This document shows positions 55,866 to 64,000 of a stretch of DNA of 64,000 nt, piece after piece. Position numbers and translations under genes: made by a program. Below the pieces are notes generated by a model. It did not search any database. It was not told the DNA's origin and was given only the letters and a program-made list of their open reading frames with translations. Position 1 is the stretch's first letter; the number at the start of each line of letters is the position of its first letter. The stretch is taken from contig CAWCKY010000006.1 of the NCBI GenBank assembly GCA_963796275.1, positions 1,152,001 to 1,216,000 of the forward strand, in the 5' to 3' direction. The DNA is from an uncultured Acidobacteriota bacterium. GTDB lineage: Bacteria; Acidobacteriota; Blastocatellia; RBC074.

Positions 55866-56255
55866 TCAAAGGCTGGTTTTTGCTGCTGTTCGTTTGATCA
55901 ATTCATACAAGGCTGATCGGTGGCAGTGGTCTTCGTTATCGCAATAGCAGCCGATGGCGATGGGTGTTTTTGTGGCAACCTGCGCGAGCGACTGTATCGC
56001 CTGCCGGCTATCGGTGTTCTTCATAATCTCGCGTTCATACCTTTTCCTGAACTCACCCCATTTCTCGTCAACTGTATGCAGCCAGTGTATGAGCTCTTGA
56101 CTCGGAGCGAGTTGGGGATACCATACATCGAAATAATCGAGTTTGGCGTAGCTCTCCTTCATAACTCCACGCGGCAGATATCTGACGGCGCCGATCCGGA
56201 GTCCCTCCCCCTTTTTCCTGGGCGTTCCGATTTGAAAAGTACGAAGCTTGAGCAT
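55866..56255 (-). CDS. DUF488 (YeaO-like) protein
   Basis: RYLPRGV.K, DVW...LAPSQEL, F.KRYERE, CYC....CHRS. Confidence 0.85.
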   Translation of the reverse strand: MLKLRTFQIGTPRKKGEGLRIGAVRYLPRGVMKESYAKLDYFDVWYPQLAPSQELIHWLHTVDEKWGEFRKRYEREIMKNTDSRQAIQSLAQVATKTPIAIGCYCDNEDHCHRSALYELIKRTAAKTSL

Positions 56256-56279
56256 TTCGTATTGCTAAATGAGGCCGGA

Positions 56280-57191
56280 TCAACCGGCAAATTGCAGTTT
56301 TTCGATATCCTTCAATACTTCTTCGGGCACCCATTCATTCCCGCGGTAAACCTTGAACACTTTGCCGTCAGGCGTGATGAGAGCCGTGCGCAGACCATGA
56401 ATTACTTCTTTTTTTTCCGGCCAATAATTCAACCCGAAAAAAACGGCCACTGCCTTGACTTGCTCCGGCGTTCCTGACGCGAATTCCCATTGCTTGAAGG
56501 CCTCGGCATTTTTCGATCCGGTATAACGTGCGCCGTACTCGCGCAGCACAGGAGGCTTGTCATACTCCGGATCGACGCTGATGCTGAGCAGGTGCGTCCG
56601 GCCTTTCAATGTCGGGTTTTTCTCCATATCCCGGTTGAGCTCGGCGAAGTTCAGGCTCATCAGCGGACAGTAGTCCGGCAGCGGGCAGCGCGTGTAGATG
56701 AAGGTCACCAGCAGAGCACGTCCGCGATACTGATTGAAATTGACTTTCCTGCCGTTCTGATTGATGAGAGCGAAGTTAGGGACTGCCGTTCCAGTATCCG
56801 GTTCGACTCCGCTCTCTTCGATTCTCCCCACCTGACTGGGATCTGTGATCTTGGTTACGACCGGGTTTTTCAGCCACGATTTATCCCCATCGACAACCAG
56901 AGTGGCTTGAATGATGGCACCGGGCACCAGGTCCTCATAGACCCAATCGTCGTAGAGATTGAACTCCATAGTCATTTTCTCCATATACCCGGGTATCGCT
57001 TCATGATCGATGGTCACCTTGTGGTCGGATCTATTGGACGAGACTACTTTACCTTTGATTTCATATTCTTTGGCACTTTGGGAAGCCAGTGGCTCTTGTG
57101 TTTTGGTGCCGCAGGAAGAAATGCAAAGCTGTAGAACGAGTAGAAAAACAACGGGGAAGAGTTTAGAAAATAAAAGGGTATTTTGCTTCAT
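56280..57191 (-). CDS. Lipoprotein with CusF-like Cu-binding domain + SCO1/SenC domain
   Basis: Lipobox SSC; IDHEAIPGYMEKMTMEF; FIYTRCPLPDYCP; ISVDPEYD; IHGLRT. Confidence 0.9.
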   Translation of the reverse strand: MKQNTLLFSKLFPVVFLLVLQLCISSCGTKTQEPLASQSAKEYEIKGKVVSSNRSDHKVTIDHEAIPGYMEKMTMEFNLYDDWVYEDLVPGAIIQATLVVDGDKSWLKNPVVTKITDPSQVGRIEESGVEPDTGTAVPNFALINQNGRKVNFNQYRGRALLVTFIYTRCPLPDYCPLMSLNFAELNRDMEKNPTLKGRTHLLSISVDPEYDKPPVLREYGARYTGSKNAEAFKQWEFASGTPEQVKAVAVFFGLNYWPEKKEVIHGLRTALITPDGKVFKVYRGNEWVPEEVLKDIEKLQFAG

Positions 57192-57259
57192 AAGACTACA
57201 CTTTCTTATGTTGAGATAGATTTTAACGATGCAATTCTACACCAGGTCCCTACATCGCT

Positions 57260-58897
57260 TCACGCCTTACTTGAAGGCATCAATTTTCCGCCTGGCAGCA
57301 CGCGGAAACTCACGCCACGCCACTCGACTTCATCACCGACAAAACTCATAACCCATACGGCAAACGTAATCAGATCGCGTACCGGCACCAGCCAGAACCA
57401 ACGCGCGAGCGCCATGTCTTTCAGACCGAAGACCCCGATGACGAACACCGTCAGAAAACGGGTTAACAATGACATCGCAAATAACCACCAGGCAAAACTT
57501 GAAAACCCCCAGGCGGCTAATGCCAGCAATGACGTGGCCGTTCCGTAGGTGAAAAGCAACCCACAATAACCCCAGGGCCGTGAGATACGGATCGCGCGCG
57601 CCCATCTCAGCTGCTGTTTCAGCATTGCGGCAAATCCTCCGGTCGCCGTGACGTGTTCGACCACATAATCCGAGAGCACAATCTCGTAACCGGCTTTCGC
57701 CGTGTAATTGCCCAGAAGAAAATCGTCGGCGAGATAGTCGGCCACTACCTGAAATCCGCCGATTTGTTCGAGCAGATCGCGCCGCATCGCGATCGTTGAT
57801 CCAAAGGCGAATGCGATGCCCTCGAGCGAACGCGACGAACAGACATCGGGGGCGAAGGTCGATGAAATGCCGATATTTTCCATCAAAGCCGCGTAAGTCT
57901 TCGCCTGCGAACCGCGATACAGACAGGTCACCATTCCGACCTGCGGCAGTTGTAGCGGGGCGATCACACGACGTAAGTAATCTGTCCCGACGCGGATGTC
58001 GCTGTCCGCGATCAAGAACAGGCCGTGTTTGGCGCGCGCATACATATTTTGAAGGTTCGATACTTTCCCATTGTAGCCGCTCACGTTTTGCGAGATTACC
58101 AGCTCGATATCGCGATCGGGTGAGTCTGCAATCAAACGATTTATAATAGCCACAGCCGGATCGCTCTCGGCGCGCACACCGAAAATGACCTGAAATTCGG
58201 GATAGTCCTGCAGACAGAAACTCGCGAAATTATCATAAGCCTCGGTATCTGCGCCGGACACCGGCTTGAATATGGTAACGGGCGGCGTGTAGTTCAACCC
58301 GAGCGAACATTGCTTTCGACGATCGCGGAACCACGATATTCCTGCGAATAATGAGAACAGGTGGTATGCAATCGCCGCACTCACGCATATAAGCAAGGCG
58401 AGGCGAACTAAAATTACCAACTGATTGGTAATCGGTGATTGGAAAAGGCCGACCGTTTCATCGGGCGCCAGAAGAGCGTAGAACTTATACGCCCAATTAG
58501 TCGCATTTGCGTTGAGGATCGATTCAATGCGGTCCGAAAGTGAAACGATCGATACACCGCAGGCAACCAGCAGAGTCCCCAGCCAACGTTCTTTCGACAC
58601 TCGCTCTTTCAGGAAGAAATGCGCGCCGAGCGTGTTGGTTATGTAACCGACTGATGTCAGCGGCAGGATGAAACTCAATTCGGCGTAACTAAGCAGGCTG
58701 ATGAAAGAGAAAAACGAGAGGGCCAGGGAACTGACGCCGGCGACCAGATAAAAATTGCGGACCATTCGCCAGATTGCGCCGATTAGAGCGCGTGGCCGAA
58801 AAGAGACTCGACCGACCTGTTTCATGCCTTTGGCGGCGAGTATCTCGCCCATTGAGCTGAAGGCGATCAGGCTCGTAAGAAGCAAGAATGTTTTCAT
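57260..58897 (-). CDS. hpnI: Small DMT/EamA domain fused to HpnI-like GT2 glycosyltransferase
   Basis: N-term 4-TM domain (LS.AELSFILP, LKERVS..RWLG); C-term PPVTIFKPV.G, QDYP, NGKVSNL, ADSD, LADD..LG, QLRW. Confidence 0.82.
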   Translation of the reverse strand: MKTFLLLTSLIAFSSMGEILAAKGMKQVGRVSFRPRALIGAIWRMVRNFYLVAGVSSLALSFFSFISLLSYAELSFILPLTSVGYITNTLGAHFFLKERVSKERWLGTLLVACGVSIVSLSDRIESILNANATNWAYKFYALLAPDETVGLFQSPITNQLVILVRLALLICVSAAIAYHLFSLFAGISWFRDRRKQCSLGLNYTPPVTIFKPVSGADTEAYDNFASFCLQDYPEFQVIFGVRAESDPAVAIINRLIADSPDRDIELVISQNVSGYNGKVSNLQNMYARAKHGLFLIADSDIRVGTDYLRRVIAPLQLPQVGMVTCLYRGSQAKTYAALMENIGISSTFAPDVCSSRSLEGIAFAFGSTIAMRRDLLEQIGGFQVVADYLADDFLLGNYTAKAGYEIVLSDYVVEHVTATGGFAAMLKQQLRWARAIRISRPWGYCGLLFTYGTATSLLALAAWGFSSFAWWLFAMSLLTRFLTVFVIGVFGLKDMALARWFWLVPVRDLITFAVWVMSFVGDEVEWRGVSFRVLPGGKLMPSSKA

Positions 58898-59298
58898 ACT
58901 CTCCCTGCTTCTCTGCCGGTCGTGTGTTGTTCGGTACGCGATACTACAGCAACGCCCAGGCAAATTATTATCGTACCTAGCCATCGTAGGGGCGAGATGC
59001 GTTCGCCGAGGAGTTGCCATGACATAAAAGCGTTCAACACATAACCGAAGGCTGTCATTGGCACGACGAAACTCAGGTCTGCCCAGGAGAGCGCGACCAA
59101 GTATAATCCGAAAAAGATGCTCAGAATGAAAATGCCCAGCCAGATGTATGGATTTGTGAAGACCTGGACGCCGATTTTGAGTAGCTCGAAGATATTGAAG
59201 GTGTTGATCTCGCCAATTGCCCTCATTCCTTTGGTCAAACATACGTCGCCGAGCGTTTGCGCGCAGATGGCGATGAACAAGACAACAAGAGTTCGCAT
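58894..59298 (-). CDS. Small 4-TM DMT/EamA (ArnE/ArnF-like) protein
   Basis: LTKGM, ALSWADLSFVVP, LGERISPLRWLG; ATGA overlap with the next gene. Confidence 0.85.
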   Translation of the reverse strand: MRTLVVLFIAICAQTLGDVCLTKGMRAIGEINTFNIFELLKIGVQVFTNPYIWLGIFILSIFFGLYLVALSWADLSFVVPMTAFGYVLNAFMSWQLLGERISPLRWLGTIIICLGVAVVSRTEQHTTGREAGRV

Positions 59299-59396
59299 AA
59301 TTCCTGAATCTACTATAACGAGGAGCCGCAATTTACGGGAGAATGGGAGAAGGTGTAATAAACAATAACTCAGTTTCCTATTGCCGTTAAACCTCG

Positions 59397-60203
59397 TCAA
59401 AATTTTACGGCCTGACGAACACGCGGGCTGATCAGCGCTTGCAGTTCCCGTCTCCCGCCCGGGTTCTCAAGTTTCTCCGATTCGCTTGCATCGAAAGCCA
59501 GCGGATGAGCATATATCTCGATATTTCTCACATCCAATCGTTCCAATAGACCGAGCAGAAATTCTTCGTTCATATCGCCGGTCTGCAGCAGGCCGTAGAC
59601 CTTAGATGGTTGAGCGAAACCGCGCCCTTTCAGTTTTCTTTCGCAGGAACCGCCGAGTAGATTAAAGACTATACCCCAGACCATTTTCCTCAAGAGGTTT
59701 TGCCTATCGAGCTTAAGACTCAATCGCATCTCGCCCTTAACCACCCGCACGCGTTTCACGCCGAACTCTTCGCATAGTTTGATCAGTTCGTCGAAGATCA
59801 CCGGATGCATGTGCAGATGCGTATGCCCATCGACGTGTGAGAAGGGAAGGCCTGTCGCGGCGAATCGCTCGAACTGCGCACGCATTTCGAGCTTCATCTC
59901 GCGCCGGGCGATGGGGCTGAAATAGTAATTCAAGCCGGCGCGGAAGGGATTGCCGGTAAATTTACCGCGAGTGTCGGTAATATGTGGGATTTCGGAATGC
60001 GGCAGTGCCGCACGGCCAAGCGCGAGCACCAGGTGCAAGCCGACAGCCAGGTTCGGATTGACTTCGGCCAGTCGAACGGCGTCGCCGGCAGCGCATTCAT
60101 TTACCATCAAACTCGCGCTCGTCAATACGCCCTCGCGATGCCCCTGGATGATCGCGCGATTGACCGCATCGGAATAACCGAAGTCATCGCCGTTGATGAT
60201 CAT
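59397..60203 (-). CDS. hpnK: Hopanoid-associated YdjC-family deacetylase HpnK
   Basis: NGDDFG, GVLTSASLMV, VGLHL, HVDGHTHLHMHP, YGL.Q.G.M, EIYAHP; near hpnI. Confidence 0.88.
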   Translation of the reverse strand: MIINGDDFGYSDAVNRAIIQGHREGVLTSASLMVNECAAGDAVRLAEVNPNLAVGLHLVLALGRAALPHSEIPHITDTRGKFTGNPFRAGLNYYFSPIARREMKLEMRAQFERFAATGLPFSHVDGHTHLHMHPVIFDELIKLCEEFGVKRVRVVKGEMRLSLKLDRQNLLRKMVWGIVFNLLGGSCERKLKGRGFAQPSKVYGLLQTGDMNEEFLLGLLERLDVRNIEIYAHPLAFDASESEKLENPGGRRELQALISPRVRQAVKF

Positions 60204-61567
60204 TAAACCGTGATAACCTCGACCTTTGGCCCGACGGCAGATTTTGGGATCAACGCTGGCCAATAAGCGACGACCTCCTCAACCTTCGGTCGACCGCCGC
60301 CAAACCCCGTAACAGTAGGCGGCCCGGCCAGCGCCAGCGGGGCCAGTTCTTTGGTGAAACGTTCAACCGGAGCCTTATCTTGCGCGCGCACTCCCACTCG
60401 CATCATCACTTCGGCCATATCCGCCGATGGTTTGCCGCCCAAACCTTCGTGCGTTGCATCGACGCCGATGTATTGCGTGAGTATCTCGTCAAACTTTAAT
60501 CCCAGTTTTTCGATCCTGCGCCGCAGCATGGCATCCGCAGCCCTGGCCTTCTCATAAGCATCGGGCCAGGCATAGATCAATCCGCCCGCAGCTTTGTAGC
60601 CCGATAAAAAGCTGATCGAGACTTTATACATATCCGTCGCCGGGCGTCCCCTTACCCCCGAAACGTGAACGCGGTTTTCACCGGCCTGTGCCAGATTGAT
60701 GGTGGTAAAGTCGGCGATGCCATCGGGTGTGATGTAATATTGGGGATCGCCCATCTCGTACATCAATTGTTCGGTGACCGTCGCGACGCTGACCCGACCG
60801 CCCGTGCCTTCGTGTTTAGTGACCACGAAGGTGCCATCCTCGCATGCCTCGATGATCGGATATCCGATGTCCCAAAAATCGGGAATCGACTGCCAGTCCA
60901 CCTGCGAATTGCCGCCAGTAGCCTGCGCGCCGCATTCGATGATGTGGCCTGCAACCGTGCCCGCAGCGATCTTGTTCCAATCGTCGCGCGACCAATTGAA
61001 TGCGTGGATCATCGGGCCGAGCGTCAGGCCGGTGTCCGTGCAGCGGCCCGTGACGATGATTTGCGCACCCTGATCGAGCGCATCCGCGATAGGCGCCCCG
61101 CCAAAATAGACGTTTGCGCTCTGCACGCGATCGCGCACAGAAGAGAGCGGCTCGTCCGTCTCCATATTTTTCAGATCGATACCGCGAGCGATCATGTCGT
61201 CGAGCCGGCCCATGATGTCGTCACCGGAGACGACTCCGATTTTCACCCTTCCCGTCAGGCCGAGCTTCCGCACGACCTCTGCCAGGCCGGCGACACAGGC
61301 ATCCGGGTTCACCCCGCCGGCGTTCGCGACAACCTTTATCTTGTTCTCGAGACAAATCGGAAGGACGCGCCCGATGACCTGGAGGAAATCGCGCGCATAT
61401 CCGGCATTCGGATCGCGCGATTTCTGCTTCTGCATAATAGACATCGTGATCTCGGCAAGATAATCGAGCGTCAGATAGTCGATCGGACCGCGCTCGACTA
61501 ATTGAACCGGAGCTTCAAGCCAATCGCCCCAGAAGCCTTGCCCGTTGGCGATGCGGATAGTTTTCAT
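60203..61567 (-). CDS. Acyclic terpene utilization AtuA family (DUF1446) protein
   Basis: [52 protein letters not shown]. Confidence 0.9.
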   Translation of the reverse strand: MKTIRIANGQGFWGDWLEAPVQLVERGPIDYLTLDYLAEITMSIMQKQKSRDPNAGYARDFLQVIGRVLPICLENKIKVVANAGGVNPDACVAGLAEVVRKLGLTGRVKIGVVSGDDIMGRLDDMIARGIDLKNMETDEPLSSVRDRVQSANVYFGGAPIADALDQGAQIIVTGRCTDTGLTLGPMIHAFNWSRDDWNKIAAGTVAGHIIECGAQATGGNSQVDWQSIPDFWDIGYPIIEACEDGTFVVTKHEGTGGRVSVATVTEQLMYEMGDPQYYITPDGIADFTTINLAQAGENRVHVSGVRGRPATDMYKVSISFLSGYKAAGGLIYAWPDAYEKARAADAMLRRRIEKLGLKFDEILTQYIGVDATHEGLGGKPSADMAEVMMRVGVRAQDKAPVERFTKELAPLALAGPPTVTGFGGGRPKVEEVVAYWPALIPKSAVGPKVEVITV

Positions 61568-61663
61568 AATTGATAATTGATAATTGATAATTGATGGATA
61601 ATTGGTAGTTGATAGTTCGCATAAACTGTTGCCACGGACTATACGAACTATCAATTATCAATT
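61566..61663. repeat. Palindrome of heptamer units (ATAATTG)n...(CAATTAT)n
   Basis: ataattgataattgataattgataattg...ttgatagttcg / cgaactatcaattatcaatt. Confidence 0.8.
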
Positions 61664-61667
61664 TTCT

Positions 61668-63404
61668 TCATGCCATCTGTTGTTTCGCTATATCTTCCAG
61701 TCCCAAATCTTTGATCAGCATATCGCGCAATTCGAACTTTTTCACCTTGCCGCTTGCCGTGAGCGGAAAGGCGGTTACGAAACGATAGATTTTGGGCACT
61801 TTATGACGGCTGATGCCGTCTCGGCAGTACTGCAATATCTCTTCTTCATCCGAGCTCTCACCCGATTTCAATCGAATCAGCGCACAGACTTCTTCGCCCA
61901 TGAATGCATCCGGCACACCGACAATCTGTACCTCGGCAATCTTCGGATGATGCATCAGAAATGCTTCGATCTCGGCCGGGTAGATGTTTTCACCGCCGCG
62001 GATGATCATATCTTTGACGCGCCCGACGATGTTGATATATCCGTCCGGCCGCATCACGGCCAGATCGCCCGAATGGAGCCAGCCATCGGCATCGATCGTC
62101 TCCGCCGTCTTATCGGGCATATTGTAATAACCCTTCATATTCGAAAAGGCTTGTGAGCACAGCTCGCCGGACTCCCCCAGTTTCACCGGCTCGCCCATAT
62201 TTGGCCCGCCTGTATGGATGATTTTGATCGATGTATGAGGTTGCGGCAGTCCGACGGTCGCTGATTTCAGTTCGAAGCTGTCCTTGCCGAATGATTGCGT
62301 GACAGCTCCGGTAGTTTCGGTCATTCCGAAAACTATCAGGCAGTCTGCTCCGATCTTCTCCTTGATCTGTTTCATCAGAGGTACGGGGACGGGTGTTGCT
62401 CCCGTCAAAATCAAGCGCACTGAAGATAGATCGAATTCGCCGAAGCTGGGATGATTGAGCATCGCGATCAGCATTGTCGGCACAGCGAAGGTGAACGTGC
62501 CTCGCTCTTTTTCAAACAACTCGAGATGCGTTCGCGGGTCAAACGTGATGAGCGGGATAAGCGTGCAACCCAGGTAGACCGAATAAATTACCGCCCCCAG
62601 ACATCCGGCCACGTGAAAGAGCGGCATAGCGCTGACGTAACGATCATCCGTACACAAATCTCCACGTGCCGTGGCGACGCGCGATTGGTTGATGAGACTG
62701 TAATGCGTGATCATGACCCCTTTGGGAAAGCCGGTAGTGCCGCTGGTATATTGCATCTGCGCCACATCGTCGGGTGTGACGCCGGCTTGCCGTGACTTTA
62801 GCTCATCATCGGATATCTCATCCGCCAGACTCAGCAAGTGTGTGTAGAGCAGCACGCCGGGCCTGGACTCTTGGCCGATCAGCACTACGCGTTTCAGGAG
62901 CGGGAGCCGTTCGGTTTGCAGCTCCTGATTTAGAGGATCCGTCAGATTTTTGATTTCAGGGACGATGCTGTGAACCGATTCGAGATAGGAGTTTCCCCGG
63001 AATTCTTCGATCATAAACAGCATCTTAACGTCGCCCTGCCGTAACAGGTATTCGAGTTCGGCCGCGCGGTAATTTATATTGACCGTGACAAGTATGCCGC
63101 CTATCTTCGCGAGCGCCATCTCCAGGAATATCCACTCCGGCACGTTCGTAGCCCAGACGGCAATGTGGTCGCCTTTCTCTACGCCGAGCGCGATTAAACC
63201 TTTCGCCAGTCGATCCACTACCTCCCGGTATTGTCGGTAGTTCAAACGCAGATCGAGCCCGATTGAGGGGTAATTGTAGACGAGCGCCTCTTTTTCCGGC
63301 ATTTCGGCGGCCTTCTGGTCGAGCAGATCGCCGACAGTAAGACCGATGAGATCGATCCCGAAGTCTTCTGCTTCCCAATACGAGAAATCGCTTTTGATGC
63401 CCAT
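61668..63404 (-). CDS. AMP-dependent acyl-CoA synthetase
   Basis: [49 protein letters not shown]. Confidence 0.94.
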   Translation of the reverse strand: MGIKSDFSYWEAEDFGIDLIGLTVGDLLDQKAAEMPEKEALVYNYPSIGLDLRLNYRQYREVVDRLAKGLIALGVEKGDHIAVWATNVPEWIFLEMALAKIGGILVTVNINYRAAELEYLLRQGDVKMLFMIEEFRGNSYLESVHSIVPEIKNLTDPLNQELQTERLPLLKRVVLIGQESRPGVLLYTHLLSLADEISDDELKSRQAGVTPDDVAQMQYTSGTTGFPKGVMITHYSLINQSRVATARGDLCTDDRYVSAMPLFHVAGCLGAVIYSVYLGCTLIPLITFDPRTHLELFEKERGTFTFAVPTMLIAMLNHPSFGEFDLSSVRLILTGATPVPVPLMKQIKEKIGADCLIVFGMTETTGAVTQSFGKDSFELKSATVGLPQPHTSIKIIHTGGPNMGEPVKLGESGELCSQAFSNMKGYYNMPDKTAETIDADGWLHSGDLAVMRPDGYINIVGRVKDMIIRGGENIYPAEIEAFLMHHPKIAEVQIVGVPDAFMGEEVCALIRLKSGESSDEEEILQYCRDGISRHKVPKIYRFVTAFPLTASGKVKKFELRDMLIKDLGLEDIAKQQMA

Positions 63405-63408
63405 ATAT

Positions 63409-63567
63409 AGTTTTCAGTTTTCAGTTTTCAGCATCCAGTGACTAGTTTTAAGTTTTAAGTTTTCAGCACTCAGTGAATCCACCCATACAACCCTAAATGC
63501 ATACCATAAATAAAGATACAGTAGCGATGGATGCGAACTAAAAACTGAAAACTGAAAACTGAAAACT
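63409..63567. repeat. Palindrome of heptamer units (AGTTTTC)n...(GAAAACT)n; same unit as 3191-3250
   Basis: agttttcagttttcagttttcag...agttttaagttttaagttttcag...aaaactgaaaactgaaaactgaaaact. Confidence 0.85.
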
Positions 63568-64000
63568 ATTTTCCCCTGCCGCCTACGAATCGGGCGGCGC
63601 CTTCTTGAGCCCCCGCCTCGAGCGATCTCAACCCGTGATCGAACTCGTTAGCGAGAGCCGCAGTCAGCGTAAGATCGAATTGTTGGTAGGTTGACATCCT
63701 ATCTTCCCGCAGACATACCTGAGGAAAGGCGGCGATCTCGCGCGCGAGCTTCTCCGCCTCTTCTCGAGCTTTACCTTTTGACACCACGCGATTGACCAGT
63801 CCCATATTCAAGGCTTCCCGGGCATCGACCGGCCTTCCGGTTAATATCAGGTCGAGCGCGCGGCTCAAGCCGATCAGCCTAGGAAGACGCACCGTGCCGC
63901 CATCTATTAAAGGTATGCCCCATCTGCGACAGAACACTCCCAGCACCGCGTCTTCTTCAGCGACGCGCAGGTCGCACCAGAGAGCAAGCTCGAGTCCCCC
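63566..64000 (-). CDS. Enoyl-CoA hydratase/crotonase family, 5' part lies off the right edge
   Basis: GLELALWCDLRVA, GVFCRRWGIPLIDGGTVRLPRLIG, LILTGR. Confidence 0.92.
   Translation of the reverse strand, partial: GGLELALWCDLRVAEEDAVLGVFCRRWGIPLIDGGTVRLPRLIGLSRALDLILTGRPVDAREALNMGLVNRVVSKGKAREEAEKLAREIAAFPQVCLREDRMSTYQQFDLTLTAALANEFDHGLRSLEAGAQEGAARFVGGRGK

Noticed and set aside
58898-59242. N-terminal extension of the 660-aa ORF 57260-59242
   Set aside because: It overlaps the upstream DMT gene in another frame; the coupled ATGA start at 58897 is more plausible.

Overview
Chromosomal window from what is most likely an Acidobacteriota genome, possibly Blastocatellia. This is inferred from the PadR + duplicated-orphan-permease pair, an Oar-like TonB receptor, a kinase-TPR protein and hopanoid genes. 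The left part is mostly housekeeping and envelope genes: infB-rbfA-nrnA, two paralogous small beta-barrels, TlpA, an oxidoreductase, an M20 amidohydrolase, a TonB receptor, gntK-tal, argC-argB-GGCT-argD, ccsA-hemA, NfeD-flotillin, pectate lyase and alpha-amylase. The middle holds a solute-symporter/histidine-kinase locus with a porin, an MFS transporter and a sigma-54 two-component pair. An accessory stretch at about 42-56 kb carries the most unusual features: (1) a roughly 285-nt HEARO/omegaRNA-like structured RNA (50599-50882) with no iscB next to it, directly ahead of a DUF1326-like gene; (2) an adaptor / FIX-like nuclease toxin / immunity triad; (3) a fragmented exported TPR-CHAT protease with a SPOR-like domain inside the protease domain. 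The right end has crotonase, acyl-CoA ligase, atuA-like, hpnK, a small DMT gene and a DMT-HpnI fusion. Many intergenic spacers hold imperfect palindromes built from 7- or 9-nt units, and similar units appear in frame inside argC. Several single-base frameshifts fall in homopolymers and may be sequencing errors. All family assignments come from motif recognition by eye; no searches were run.
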